This document shows positions 1 to 10,579 of a stretch of 64,000 nucleotides of DNA, piece after piece. The notes under the pieces were generated by a model. The model was given only the letters and a program-made list of their open reading frames with translations. It did not search any database and was not told the origin of the DNA. Origin of the DNA: an uncultured delta proteobacterium (GTDB lineage Bacteria; Desulfobacterota; Binatia; UBA9968); NCBI GenBank assembly GCA_963755715.1, contig CAVWLW010000027.1, positions 64,001 through 128,000 on the forward strand, read 5' to 3'. A program made the translations under genes and the position numbers. The stretch's first letter is position 1; every line of letters starts with the position of its first letter.

Positions 1-1828
1 GAGTGCGGTCCTGATCGCCTGCTTTACGATGCTTTTGTCGGTGATGGTGCTCACGCAACACTCGTTATTCGATCTGATCGGCCATACCAAAAAGAGCTTT
101 GTCGATTTCAGAAAGTCGTTCGTTCCCGCCATTAACAATCGGCTAAAGGAGTTTAAGGACAAGAGCGACAAACGCAAAGGCGAGAATACCAAGAAAGAAA
201 AAAAGGACTACATCCCGCCGCCGATCGTCTTGAAAGATGAAGTCAAAGACGACCCGACGGCGAAAAAGCTGCCAAAAAAGCCGGCGCTGCCGCCGGAGCA
301 ATTCAAGCTCCCGGAGGTTGGCGAAGGCTATAAGCTGCCGCCGTCAGAGTTGCTGGATCCCTCCGAAGGCGAGCAATTCAAGATCGATAAAGAAACGCTC
401 CACGCCAATTCGCTCATCCTGCAAAAGAAGCTCGAGGATTTTGGCGTCGAAGGCGAAGTGGTGGCGGTGCGTCCCGGTCCGGTCATCACCATGTACGAAT
501 TCAAGCCCGCGGCGGGCGTCAAAGTACGTCGCATCGTGATGCTGGCGGATGATCTCGCCATGGCGCTGCGCGCCGTGAGCGTGCGCATCCTGGCGCCGAT
601 CCCCGGTGAATCAGTAGTCGGCATCGAGATTCCCAACCCGCGCCGCGAAACGGTTTATTTACGCGAAGTAATTGAAAGCGAAAGCTATCGTGGCACGGAC
701 TCGAAGATTACCCTCGCACTCGGCAAAGATATCGGCGGCACGCCGTTCGCGACCGATCTCGGCAGGATGCCCCATCTACTCGTCGCGGGCGCCACCGGCA
801 CCGGCAAATCGATTTCGATCAACGCGATGATTTTGAGCATTCTTTTCAAGTCGAGCCCACAGGACGTGAAATTCATCATGGTCGACCCAAAGATGCTCGA
901 GCTCACGGTTTATGAAGATATCCCGCACTTACTGGTGCCGGTCGTGACCGATCCAAAAAAGGCAGCCGCGGCGCTCTTTTGGGCAATGGATGAAATGGAC
1001 CGCCGCTATCGTCTAATGAGGGACAAAGGAGCGCGCAACATCGACAATTACAATCGCACGCTCGAAAGAGAAGCCGGCAGCAAGAGAAGCGTCATCGATC
1101 TAATGGAGCCGGAAGCAACAGAAGAAACGCCCGTCGTCGGTGGCAATCTTTCCCCGGTCGCCCCGCTCGTGCATGAAAAACTGCCGAGAATCGTGATCAT
1201 TATCGATGAATTGGCCGATCTTATGATGACGGTCGGACGCGATATCGAGGAATACATTACGAGGCTGGCGCAAAAAGCGCGCGCCGCGGGCATTCATTTG
1301 ATTCTCGCGACTCAGCGCCCCTCCGTGGACGTAATTACCGGGTTGATCAAAGCAAATTTTCCGGCGCGAATTTCATTTCAAGTGACTTCCCGTGTCGATT
1401 CGCGAACGATTTTGGACTCTATGGGGGGTGAGAAACTCCTGGGCAATGGCGATTTACTTTTTCTGCCACCGGGAACCGCACGCATAATCCGGGTGCATGG
1501 CGCGTTTGTCTCAGACCAAGAGGTCCTTCGGGTGATGAAATTCATCAAGCAGCAGGGCCGGCCAACCTATCGACCGGAAGTGCTCGAGGCCAAGAGAGAA
1601 ATCGAAGCGGCGGCGGCAGCCGATGAAGAATATGACGAGATGTACGATCAGGCGCTCGCGATCGTCACGGAAACCCAGCAGGCTTCGATCTCTATGATTC
1701 AACGGAGATTGCGGGTAGGATACAATCGCGCGGCTCGGATGATCGAGCAAATGGAAAGAGACGGTGTGGTCGGACCCCCCGACGGTGCCAAACCCCGTGA
1801 AGTTTATGCACGAAAAATCGACGCTTAA
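1..1828 (+). CDS. ftsK: DNA translocase FtsK (probably 5'-truncated by window edge)
   Basis: Walker A GATGTGKS, MVDPKMLEL, IIIDELADLMM, ATQRPSVDVITG and C-terminal gamma domain SISMIQRRLRVGYNRAAR. Confidence 0.97.
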   Translation, partial: SAVLIACFTMLLSVMVLTQHSLFDLIGHTKKSFVDFRKSFVPAINNRLKEFKDKSDKRKGENTKKEKKDYIPPPIVLKDEVKDDPTAKKLPKKPALPPEQFKLPEVGEGYKLPPSELLDPSEGEQFKIDKETLHANSLILQKKLEDFGVEGEVVAVRPGPVITMYEFKPAAGVKVRRIVMLADDLAMALRAVSVRILAPIPGESVVGIEIPNPRRETVYLREVIESESYRGTDSKITLALGKDIGGTPFATDLGRMPHLLVAGATGTGKSISINAMILSILFKSSPQDVKFIMVDPKMLELTVYEDIPHLLVPVVTDPKKAAAALFWAMDEMDRRYRLMRDKGARNIDNYNRTLEREAGSKRSVIDLMEPEATEETPVVGGNLSPVAPLVHEKLPRIVIIIDELADLMMTVGRDIEEYITRLAQKARAAGIHLILATQRPSVDVITGLIKANFPARISFQVTSRVDSRTILDSMGGEKLLGNGDLLFLPPGTARIIRVHGAFVSDQEVLRVMKFIKQQGRPTYRPEVLEAKREIEAAAAADEEYDEMYDQALAIVTETQQASISMIQRRLRVGYNRAARMIEQMERDGVVGPPDGAKPREVYARKIDA

Positions 1829-1868
1829 GACGCCTGGATGGATAGCCTGCTTCTTTATACTAACGCTT

Positions 1869-2492
1869 ATGGCGTTCGCCCTAGTGCAATGGAGCGGCGC
1901 CGCGGAGAACAACAACGCCGATGCGATCGTCGACAAGTTACAAAAAAATTACGACGCGACGGTGGATTTTGTCGCGGACTTCCGTCAGGAAACTGAAGTC
2001 AAAACTCTCAACCGCAGTCTCAAAGCATCGGGCAAGCTATCCTTCAAGCGTCCCGGCAAGATGCTCTGGCGTTACGACGAACCGAAAGGACAGTTCGTGC
2101 TCGCCGACGGCAAGCATCTGTATTTTTATCAGCCGGAGCAAAATCAAGTGATCAAAAGCCCGCTCAAAAATGCTTTTCGCGGCGATATTCCACTCTCTTT
2201 CCTGCTCGGCTTGGGAAATTTGAAAAAGGATTTCAATGCTACCCTCAAGGCAAGCGAAGACAATCAGTATGTCTTGCGCCTCGAACCCAAGGGCGAGGCC
2301 GGAGGATTCACGGAAATTCTCCTCGGCGTCAACAAGACATCCTTCGATATCGTCTGGGTAAGCGTGCGCGATGCGGCGAGCAATCTGACGACCGTGCGCT
2401 TTTCCGCCATGCGCAAAGGCGTCGGCTTAAAGGATTCGTTATTTGACGCGCAGATTCCGAAAGGCGCCGATGTGGTTGAGCTAGGACAATGA
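1869..2492 (+). CDS. lolA: Outer-membrane lipoprotein carrier LolA (start approximate)
   Basis: Signal peptide, ADFRQE...GKLSFKRPGKMLWRY...ADGKHLYFYQP; conserved position after ftsK. Confidence 0.88.
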   Translation: MAFALVQWSGAAENNNADAIVDKLQKNYDATVDFVADFRQETEVKTLNRSLKASGKLSFKRPGKMLWRYDEPKGQFVLADGKHLYFYQPEQNQVIKSPLKNAFRGDIPLSFLLGLGNLKKDFNATLKASEDNQYVLRLEPKGEAGGFTEILLGVNKTSFDIVWVSVRDAASNLTTVRFSAMRKGVGLKDSLFDAQIPKGADVVELGQ

Positions 2493-3841
2493 GCGAGACC
2501 AAACAAAAATTCAACATTATCAGTTTGGGATGCGCCCGTAACCTGGTCGATTCCGAAGTCATGGCCGGGCTGCTGCACAAGAACAATTTCGAAATGGTGC
2601 GCGAGCCCGAGCTCGCTGACATTGTCCTGGTCAATACTTGCGGCTTTATCGGCGCCGCTAAAGAAGAATCCATCGATACCATCCTCGATGTGGCGCGACT
2701 CAAAGAAACGGGACAAATAAAAAAACTCGTTGTCGCCGGATGCCTCTCCCAGCGCTATCCGGACGAACTCGCCGCCGAATTACCGGAAGTCGATCTGTTC
2801 ATCGGCACCGGCGAAGTCCCGCGCATCGCCGAAATCCTGCGCGAGCATGAAGCGAACACCGCCCGGCGCCAATTTATCGGCGTTCCGAGTTACATTTACG
2901 ATCACGCCACGCCTCGTTTACGATCGACGCCTTCCTATACCGCATTTCTAAAAGTATCGGAGGGGTGCGATCACAAATGTGCTTTCTGCATCATCCCGCA
3001 AATGCGCGGCCCGCACCGCAGCCGCTCGATCGATTCGGTGGTCGAAGAAACAGCCGAGCTCGCGCAAAACGGCGTCAAAGAGATCAATCTCATCGCGCAA
3101 GATCTCACCGCTTACGGTCGAGACCGAAAAGACGGCACCACCCTCGAACGTTTGCTGTGCAGAATGGAAAAAGTACCAGGGATCGAGTGGATTCGGCTTT
3201 TATACGCTTATCCTAACTTTCTCGATTTACCGCTCCTCGAGCTCATCCGCGACAGCGATAAAATCTGCAAGTACATGGATATTCCCTTTCAACACAGCAG
3301 CAAATCGGTCTTGCAGCGAATGCGCCGGGGCAAAAGCGGCAGCGCCGTTCGAGAAGCAGTGAGTAAACTGCGCCAATCGATTCCCGGATTGACCCTGCGC
3401 ACGTCATTGATCGTTGGGTTTCCGGGCGAGAGCGAAGCGGATTTCGCGGAACTTTTGCAGTTCGTGGAGGAAGCAGAATTCGAGAGACTCGGTGTATTCA
3501 AGTACTCCGAGGAAGAAGGCACCGCCGCGGCGCGCATGCCAGGGAAGGTTTCGGAACAAGATAAAGAACGGCGTTGGCAGGAAGTGATGGACTTGCAATC
3601 AACGATCTCACGAAAAAAGAACGAGGCCTTGATTGGGAGCATTCAGCGCGTTATGATCGACGAGGTCGATCTTGACTCCGACAAAGCAACGGGTCGTACC
3701 CAAGCCCACGCACCGGAGGTGGACGGAACCGTATATGTGGAAGGTTTGGCAGGAGAGACTACAGTTTGCGGCGAAATGGTCGATGTCAGAATCACCGGTG
3801 CCCTCGATTACGACCTGATAGGTGAGATTATCAATGCCTAA
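2489..3841 (+). CDS. rimO: Ribosomal protein S12 methylthiotransferase RimO
   Basis: SLGCARNLVDSE, VNTCGFI..AKEESI, radical SAM CDHKCAFC, APEVDG, TRAM domain. Confidence 0.95.
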   Translation: MSETKQKFNIISLGCARNLVDSEVMAGLLHKNNFEMVREPELADIVLVNTCGFIGAAKEESIDTILDVARLKETGQIKKLVVAGCLSQRYPDELAAELPEVDLFIGTGEVPRIAEILREHEANTARRQFIGVPSYIYDHATPRLRSTPSYTAFLKVSEGCDHKCAFCIIPQMRGPHRSRSIDSVVEETAELAQNGVKEINLIAQDLTAYGRDRKDGTTLERLLCRMEKVPGIEWIRLLYAYPNFLDLPLLELIRDSDKICKYMDIPFQHSSKSVLQRMRRGKSGSAVREAVSKLRQSIPGLTLRTSLIVGFPGESEADFAELLQFVEEAEFERLGVFKYSEEEGTAAARMPGKVSEQDKERRWQEVMDLQSTISRKKNEALIGSIQRVMIDEVDLDSDKATGRTQAHAPEVDGTVYVEGLAGETTVCGEMVDVRITGALDYDLIGEIINA

Positions 3842-4292
3842 AACCGATCCCGATAAAGAAAAAAAACAACGAAGAGATTTCTTGAAACAAGCTTCGGATA
3901 TGCTCGAGGAGATGAAGCGGCAACTGATGAAAGAAATGCAAGGCCGCGTCAAAGAAGAGACCGAAGGGGTGAAAGACGAAGGCCGTGACACCTACGATCT
4001 CGCCAGCGATGAGAGAGATCGAGAAATCAATTTTATTCTCAACGATCGCGAGCGCGAAAAGCTCGTCGCCATCGACGACGCGCTCCAGCGGATCGCCGAT
4101 AAAACCTACGGTATTTGCGAGAGCTGCGAAGGTGAAATCCAACTGGGCCGCTTAAAAATCCTGCCTTTTACGCGCCTTTGCGTGAGATGCCAGGAAGAGA
4201 ACGAAAGAGAAGCGAAGCGGCAAAAAACTTTAGAAAACGAACGCAGCTACCGTAAGCTGGATCTCGCCGACACGGAAGAAGACGGTTTTTAA
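3834..4292 (+). CDS. dksA: DksA/TraR family C4 zinc-finger protein
   Basis: DxxDxA tip (DTYDLA), YGICESC...RLCVRC zinc finger. Confidence 0.85.
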   Translation: MPKTDPDKEKKQRRDFLKQASDMLEEMKRQLMKEMQGRVKEETEGVKDEGRDTYDLASDERDREINFILNDREREKLVAIDDALQRIADKTYGICESCEGEIQLGRLKILPFTRLCVRCQEENEREAKRQKTLENERSYRKLDLADTEEDGF

Positions 4293-4415
4293 TTCTAGCG
4301 CCGGGTCGCGCCAGCCAATCTCGCCATAGCACTCAATCCTAAATCCAAGCTAATTCTCGGTCCCGGCCACCGGGCCAAACAACATTCGATTCAACGCATT
4401 CAATTTGAAGTGAAC

Positions 4416-4455
4416 AAAAAAATGGGCATGGCGTGCGCCGCCATGCCCATTTTTT
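4416..4455. terminator. Bidirectional intrinsic terminator
   Basis: A-tract, ATGGGCATGGCG/CGCCATGCCCAT 12-bp stem, T-tract, between convergent genes. Confidence 0.9.
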
Positions 4456-4480
4456 AGACCTGCCACAATCGGAGACGAGC

Positions 4481-4852
4481 TTACTCGCCTTTCGCTGGCG
4501 TGAATTCCATCTTGCTCAAGAAATTTTTCTCGCCTTTAGTCGTGTACTCGACAACTGCCGAAGAGCCGAGGCCAACGTCTCCCATCTTCACTTTCGTCTC
4601 TTTAATCTCAGTTGCCTTGGTCTTCTGGTTAAAATCCAAAGTGATTAACTTTCCCTCTTTAGTGACGACAATCATGTAGTTTTTTTCGGTATCCAATAAA
4701 CCTATGTCGCCTGAAACCTTCTCCGCTTTAGCCTTGGCCGGTTCGGCTTTCTTCTCTTCCGCCTTCTTTTCCTCTTGGGCAACAACCGGTAACGCCAAAG
4801 ACGCCGCCAGTAACAAAGCCAACCCGCCTAAAGCCATCGTATTCGCTCTCAT
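4481..4852 (-). CDS. Small secreted protein, PAKGE-family copy A1 (putative OB-fold-like beta domain)
   Basis: ATG at 4852 after GGAGG; Sec signal peptide ending AQ; GDIGLLDTEKNYMIVVTKEGK core; ends PAKGE. Confidence 0.85.
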   Translation of the reverse strand: MRANTMALGGLALLLAASLALPVVAQEEKKAEEKKAEPAKAKAEKVSGDIGLLDTEKNYMIVVTKEGKLITLDFNQKTKATEIKETKVKMGDVGLGSSAVVEYTTKGEKNFLSKMEFTPAKGE

Positions 4853-4904
4853 TTGCGTGTTTCCTCCTGATTCGTAATTAAGACTTTTCAAGCCAGCGGT
4901 CTTC

Positions 4905-5345
4905 TTACTCGCCCTTTGCCGGCACAAATTCGATATTCGTAGCGATACTCTTTTCTCCTTCTTTAGTATATTGCACAACCGCCGACGAGCCGAGCCCGAT
5001 GTCGGCGACTTTGCTTTCGACCGGCTCCTTCTGGGTCGGCTGATATTTGGCGTCGAAATCAATCGTCACGAGCTTGCCTTCTTTAGTTACCAGAATCATA
5101 TAGTTCTTTTCGGTATCCAGAAGTCCGACATCGCCAGCGAGCTTGGTTGCTTTCGCCTTTTCAGCTCCCTTTTCCTCGGGCGCTTTCCCGTCGGCCTTCT
5201 CGGCCGGCGCTTTGGCTTCGGCCTTTGCAGCCGGGGCGGGTGCCGGAGCCGGCTTAGGCGCCATTTCTTCTTGGCTCGAACATCCTGAGAGCGCAAATAT
5301 TACAGACACTGCTGCAACACCAGTAATTGATAACAGGCTCTTCAT
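4905..5345 (-). CDS. Lipoprotein, PAKGE-family copy B1
   Basis: Lipobox LSGC, Pro/Ala/Lys linker, same core domain as A1, RBS GGAGG. Confidence 0.87.
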   Translation of the reverse strand: MKSLLSITGVAAVSVIFALSGCSSQEEMAPKPAPAPAPAAKAEAKAPAEKADGKAPEEKGAEKAKATKLAGDVGLLDTEKNYMILVTKEGKLVTIDFDAKYQPTQKEPVESKVADIGLGSSAVVQYTKEGEKSIATNIEFVPAKGE

Positions 5346-5469
5346 TTTACCTCCGTAATAAAGAGAATTTCTTTGGATTAGCGACGATACTTATCGTGAC
5401 CGTCAGGTCATCTCAATACGCTTTAGGTATGATTTTGCCTTTCCTCCCCGTCATGAAACTCGATCGTTA

Positions 5470-5485
5470 TACAACTAAAGTTGTA
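5470..5485. promoter_or_regulatory. 7-2-7 inverted repeat TACAACT-AA-AGTTGTA, candidate NarL/LuxR-family operator
   Basis: Perfect 7-bp arms in the divergent intergenic region between B1 and the response regulator. Confidence 0.65.
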
Positions 5486-5582
5486 GAACGCTTGATGAAC
5501 CTATTTCATCCGTTTGCATGTGTGCATAATTGATGTATTTTCATTTCAACTACATAATTGGTCGAGTATCGTGAGGTAGCTT

Positions 5583-6248
5583 ATGTTACCGATTAAAGTC
5601 GTAATCGCCGACGATCACGCGCTGTTCCGGGACGGTTTGCGGAAAATATTATCGCTCGAAAAAGATATTCTCGTTGTCGGTGAAGCTGGAAACGGCGACG
5701 AAGTCCCCAAGGTCGTTGAACGGACCAAACCGGACGTATTGCTCCTCGACCTAAAGATGCCCAAAGGGGACGTCGTCCAAAACCTTCTCGATGTCGGTGC
5801 TAGAAGTCCATCCACTCGGGTCATGATCCTGACCGCGTTTTCCGACGAAGAAAACGTCCTGAACGCCGCCAAGGGAGGGGCTAAAGGCTACGTGCCCAAG
5901 GGAGTCCCTTCGGCAACTCTGCTACAGGCAATTAAAGTGGTCTATGGCGGCGGCTATTGGATCGATCGGGAAGTCCCATCGTGGGAAACTTTTCAAGAAA
6001 TCGTCCAAGATCAAGCAGCGCCGCGCGAGGCCGCGCCCCCCGTTGATGAAAGTATTAAAACTCTGACGAAAAGAGAGATGGAAATCTTAAGACTGGTTGC
6101 CGAGGGTCTAACCAACGAGGAAATCGGCAAGAAAATTTTTATCAGCGAAAAGACGGTCAAAACACACCTGACTAACATTTTCGACAAGCTCAAAGTCAAT
6201 AACCGGTTTAAGGCAGCGCTCATGCTGATGGGAAACTCGAGTAATTGA
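5583..6248 (+). CDS. NarL/FixJ-family response regulator (REC + LuxR HTH)
   Basis: IADDHALFRDG, LLLDLKMP phospho-Asp, LTKREMEILRLVAEGLTNEEIG...TVKTHLTNIFDKL. Confidence 0.95.
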   Translation: MLPIKVVIADDHALFRDGLRKILSLEKDILVVGEAGNGDEVPKVVERTKPDVLLLDLKMPKGDVVQNLLDVGARSPSTRVMILTAFSDEENVLNAAKGGAKGYVPKGVPSATLLQAIKVVYGGGYWIDREVPSWETFQEIVQDQAAPREAAPPVDESIKTLTKREMEILRLVAEGLTNEEIGKKIFISEKTVKTHLTNIFDKLKVNNRFKAALMLMGNSSN

Positions 6249-6316
6249 GTCGACACCGCAACAAAGGCAAACTTCGTTCAACTGCGAGGCAGGTACCGCG
6301 AATACGGTAAACCATA

Positions 6317-7555
6317 ATGACGAGCCCTGACAAAATCACGCCTGAAGACGGGTGGCTGTTGCAGCGGGTCACCGCCGTGGCTTGGTTGCGCGTGGCTTTC
6401 GCGGTGGTGGCCGTCCTGGTGATACAACTCAATCCGGAACGAGTGGCTCGTTTTCCGACATTGTCATTTGTTTCGCTGATCTCTTTTTTACTCTATAGCC
6501 TGGTTGTCCTCTATTTCGCCCGCCGAAGCGAGCTCGCGTCGGCGTGGGTTGGGATACTGACGAACGCTCTTGACGTGGTCTGGATCGCGGTCATCGTCTT
6601 TTCCACCGGCGGAACCCGCACGCCGTTTTTCTTTTATTATTCATTCCCCGTCATCACGGCGAGTATCCGTTGGGGACTCAAGGGCAGCATTCCAGTCGCA
6701 CTCGCTGGCGTCGTGCTCTACGGCATTGTCCGGCTGACCCTCGCCGCAGAATCGCTCGAGGGGCCGATCGGAATTGACACCCTACTTGTTCGAAGTCTCT
6801 ACCTGATCGTCCTGGCCGGCATCTTTGGTTACATTTGCGAATTTGAGCGAAACCAAAATCAGCGTCTGTTAACGCTCTCAAGAACGGCGGGCGAAGTAGC
6901 AACTCTTCAGGAAAGACGCAGGATCCTGTTCGAATTGCATGATGGAATCCTCCAATCACTCGCTACTTTGATTCTCCGTCTTGAAGGTTGTCGCAGAGAC
7001 CTAGCTGATTCCCAAAAAGAATTGATTGATGAAATGCGATCGCTGGAAGATCTTACCAGAGATTCGATGAAAGAAATCCGCCAGTTTCTTATGGGCCAAG
7101 CGACAAAACCGCTCATCGCCGGCACTCTCGTGGAAAAATTGCGTGAAGAAGCGCGGTTTTTGCGCGACGGTATGGGCTTGGATGTGATTCTGGAGAGTGA
7201 GCCGGAGGAGCTGAATTTACCGGCGGATATAGAGCGCGAGATCTATTACGTTCTTCGCGAAGCTTTAACCAATGTAACGCGTCATTCGCACGCGTCGAAG
7301 ACTGATATCCATCTTGTGCGCAATAATGGCCGGTTGGAAGGATCGCTGTCGGATAACGGCGTCGGATTCCAGAAAGAGATCATAAAGAGTGAAACGCGAT
7401 TCGGTTTGGCCGGGATGGAACAAAGGGTAAAACAACTCGGGGGAGAATTTTTGGTCAAATCCTCCCCCGGTAACGGCACTAAAATATCCTTCTTCATTCC
7501 GATCGCGTCACAGCCGAAACGCCGGGACAAGATCGAGCCACTGCCCGCGGCTTGA
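6317..7555 (+). CDS. Membrane sensor histidine kinase (HisKA_3 type)
   Basis: About 6 N-terminal TM helices, ELHDGILQSL H-box, REALTNVTRHS, DNGVGF, GLAGMEQR. Confidence 0.94.
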   Translation: MTSPDKITPEDGWLLQRVTAVAWLRVAFAVVAVLVIQLNPERVARFPTLSFVSLISFLLYSLVVLYFARRSELASAWVGILTNALDVVWIAVIVFSTGGTRTPFFFYYSFPVITASIRWGLKGSIPVALAGVVLYGIVRLTLAAESLEGPIGIDTLLVRSLYLIVLAGIFGYICEFERNQNQRLLTLSRTAGEVATLQERRRILFELHDGILQSLATLILRLEGCRRDLADSQKELIDEMRSLEDLTRDSMKEIRQFLMGQATKPLIAGTLVEKLREEARFLRDGMGLDVILESEPEELNLPADIEREIYYVLREALTNVTRHSHASKTDIHLVRNNGRLEGSLSDNGVGFQKEIIKSETRFGLAGMEQRVKQLGGEFLVKSSPGNGTKISFFIPIASQPKRRDKIEPLPAA

Positions 7556-7580
7556 TCCCGCTTGATTTACTGGTTTTTCG

Positions 7581-7954
7581 CTATTCACCTTTGGCAGGAC
7601 TGAATTCCATCTTTGTTAGAAAATTCTTATCGGCCTTCGTCACGTACTCCACACTTGCGGCCGACCCAAGTCCGACCTCCGCCATTTTCACCTTCGTTTG
7701 CTTAATTTCCTGCGCTTTAGTTTTGCTGTTGTAATCCAGCGTAATGAGTTTGCCCTCTTTGGTCACCACGATCATGTAGTTTTTTTCCGTATCCAACAAG
7801 CCGATATCGCCCGCTACTTTCTCCGCCTTGGCCTTCGCGGGCTCAGTTCCCTTCTTTGCCTCGTCCGCTTTCTTCTCCTGGGCAATGACTGGCAATGCCA
7901 AAGCCGCCGCCAAAACACGCCCGCAACACCTGCAATCTTTGTTTGCGCTCTCAT
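7581..7954 (-). CDS. Small secreted protein, PAKGE-family copy A2 (1-nt indel near 7912, probably sequencing error)
   Basis: ATG at 7954 (MRAQTK..., parallel to MRANT of A1) after GGAGG; out of frame by one base at an A/T run; body is a close paralog of A1. Confidence 0.8.
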
Positions 7955-7986
7955 TCGCGTTTCCTCCTTAAGTCTATGGTCGGATC

Positions 7987-8415
7987 TCACTCACCCTTGG
8001 CCGGTAGAAATTCAACATTGGTTGCGACGTTCTTGTCGCCTTCTTTGGTGTATTGCACGACCGCAGATGAGCCAAGGCCGACATCAGCCATTTTCGCGGG
8101 ATGCGGCGTCTTCTCGACCGGCTGAAACTTCGGATCGAAGTCGAGGGTTACCAGCTTCCCGTCTTTCGTGACTAAAATCATATAATTTTTTTCCGTGTCC
8201 AAGAGCCCGACATCGCCGGCTAGCTTGGTCGCCTTGGCCTTCTCGGCTGCCTTTTCTTCGGGCGCTTTGGTCTCAGCCTTGGCCGCCGGTGCTGGCGCTG
8301 CTGGAGCGGGCTTAGGAGGCGGCTTGGACGCCATCTCTTCCTGCGTCGAGCATGCGGAAACCATCAGCATTATTGAGATGGCGGCTACGCTAGTAAATGA
8401 GTTAAGATTTTTCAT
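7987..8415 (-). CDS. Lipoprotein, PAKGE-family copy B2
   Basis: Lipobox VSAC, close paralog of B1, ends PAKGE. Confidence 0.87.
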   Translation of the reverse strand: MKNLNSFTSVAAISIMLMVSACSTQEEMASKPPPKPAPAAPAPAAKAETKAPEEKAAEKAKATKLAGDVGLLDTEKNYMILVTKDGKLVTLDFDPKFQPVEKTPHPAKMADVGLGSSAVVQYTKEGDKNVATNVEFLPAKGE

Positions 8416-8431
8416 TTTCTCCTCCCAGAAA

Positions 8432-8468
8432 TAAGACTTAAGTCGTGTTAACTAAGCCTAGAGTCGTA
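8432..8468. promoter_or_regulatory. Two tandem 7-2-7 sites (TAAGACT-TA-AGTCGTG; TAAGCCT-AG-AGTCGTA)
   Basis: Sites 21 bp apart, between the B2 RBS and a minus-strand TTGACA at 8489-8494. Confidence 0.55.
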
Positions 8469-8655
8469 TACTGCACGGCGAGTCAACTTGTCAAGCGCTA
8501 AAGCCAATCCAACAAATATTTTGGACAAGATTTTGATTTATTACGAGATCGGCGGCGTTTTACCTTCGACAAATCGGTCACGGCGATTTTTCTGATAGCT
8601 CGTACACTTTTAGTGCGTGGCCGGTATCCGCAAAGTTGCCTCAGGCAAACAAAAT

Positions 8656-8691
8656 AAAAAAGGGGAAGCCATCTCTGACTTCCCCCTTTTT
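8656..8691 (-). terminator. Intrinsic terminator after porin gene
   Basis: AAAAAAGGGGAAG...CTTCCCCCTTTTT hairpin flanked by A/T tracts. Confidence 0.8.
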
Positions 8692-8712
8692 GGTTGAGTT
8701 TCTAAGTTTCGC

Positions 8713-10186
8713 TTAGAACGTGTAGCGCCAGTTAAGAATTACGTTCACCCAATCCCCACCGCCGCCGGGTCTACCGTTGGCCTTGTTGAAGATCTGGTTC
8801 TGCGCAGTAGCGCCATGGCCGTGCGGTTAGATTCGAGGCGTCGTACCAGATGATAATTGACGCCGACGCTCATACTCAGGCGCAACGAAGTACCAAAGAT
8901 CCCATTCCCGCAACAGCACCCTCTCACGGTGAAACTGACCGCCGTTTATAGTAGCGGGACAATTGTTACATTTAAAGTTGTCGCGCTCGAAGTGCGTGCC
9001 AAAAAGTATCGACCCCGGCGTTTGCGCTGAACCCGTCATAAAACCCTTCGGGCTCCAGACAAAGATATCGTGCGCGATCAAGAACACGTTGGCCGACGGG
9101 TCGCCTTTGAAGGCTTGGGCTACAACATGGCGTCTGGTTGCCGCCGTTGTAGAGTTCATGTTACCCGCTATGGCCCGTAACCGGTATGGCCCGACGGTGT
9201 ACTGAAACCCAAAATTGACGTAGTTCTGGCGGCCCGCGCCCACAAGCGTGCCCGTGTCATAAATGGTCGTTTGCGAGTTGGCGTCATTCTCGTTTTCCCG
9301 TACCCGCGAACGGTTACAGGAGTTCGGCTGCTACGGCGCGGGCGTCAACGGCGCAATACAACCAACCCATTTCAAATTTCAAACCGGAGAGCCATTTGTT
9401 CTTAACTTGGGAAAGCGGGTCGATCCCGAAAAACGCCACTAAGTCTCGCCTATCCGTAAACATAAAAGTGTTATCCGACCCCTTGCCTGGAATGGCATAA
9501 GCAAGCTGGAACCGCGAAATTCTTCCGGGAATGCCGATGCCGTCCAGCGAGCGATCATCCCAGTTAAAGACAATGCCAAATCCCGAACTGCCGGTATTGA
9601 AACCGTTGTTGCGGCTCATAAGATCGTAGTCCGCTTGAGCCCCCGTGGCGCTCGATCCTTGGCGGATCGTACCACCGGCGCTGGTCGAAACGTCGTTACC
9701 GAAATCAATCGTCGGCAGGAATGGATTCAAGTTCTCCGCATGGAAATGCACCACGGCCCGCTGAAACAGACTGTTGCCGCCAAAGCCGTCTTTATCGAAG
9801 GTCGATTCAATTTCCCACAAGCAGTTGTCGATGCAATAAAAGAAACCCGGCCGAAAACGCCGCGCCTCTATTTCGCCGTTGGTCCGCTCATACTGGTCCT
9901 GTCCCTGGTTAAAGTACATGCGCAAGTGCGATTCGATAGTCGCGCGAAAACCCCACGACTTATCTGCCGCTTCGATGTTCAACCCGTTGCCCGGACGATA
10001 ACTGAACGTCGGCAGCGCCGCGGCCGCCGCCGTGGCCTCCTTCTTCATCTCGACCTGCTGATCTTTTAACTGCGAGAGCTCCTGCTCGAGCGACTTGATC
10101 TTGTCATCGACGCTCTGAGCTCGCACCGTTCCAGCAGCTAAAAGAAACACAGTGAGCACAGTGAGTGCCCAAAACCTCTTCGCCAT
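8713..10186 (-). CDS. Outer-membrane beta-barrel/porin (OprO/OprP-like architecture), split by frameshifts
   Basis: Signal peptide, N-terminal coiled coil (DDKIKSLEQELSQLK), IEARRFRPGF; C-terminus DWVNVILNWRYTF-stop at 8713 is a typical beta-signal; pieces 9314-10186, 8827-9243 and tail. Confidence 0.75.
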
Positions 10187-10579
10187 ACTTGCCTCCTTTT
10201 TTCCGGCCTAAATTTTTTATTGCGTATTTTTCGTACTACTTTCGGCGGTTTTTAGCCTAACCATGGAAATCTGTCAAGCCTAAAGTTGTATATTAGGTAA
10301 AAATGTTTAGGCACATATGACTATAATAGAGTAAAAATGCTGACTTACCGGAGGGATAAGGCAATTTTAGCAACCCTAAAGTCTTATCTCATCGATGCTC
10401 AATTTAGGTCATAATATGAGGATTTTGTCGCTCCCGAAAAGCTCGAAGCCAGCGCACTTCCACGAGGAGAGAGCTCCCGCGCTTATCGAGACCGCTGTAG
10501 CACATTAGAGGAACTACCAAGGTCGTAGGTCTTTGCTAACTTGTGAAGACAATAAAGCTTCGGTAGATTTGCTGAATCG

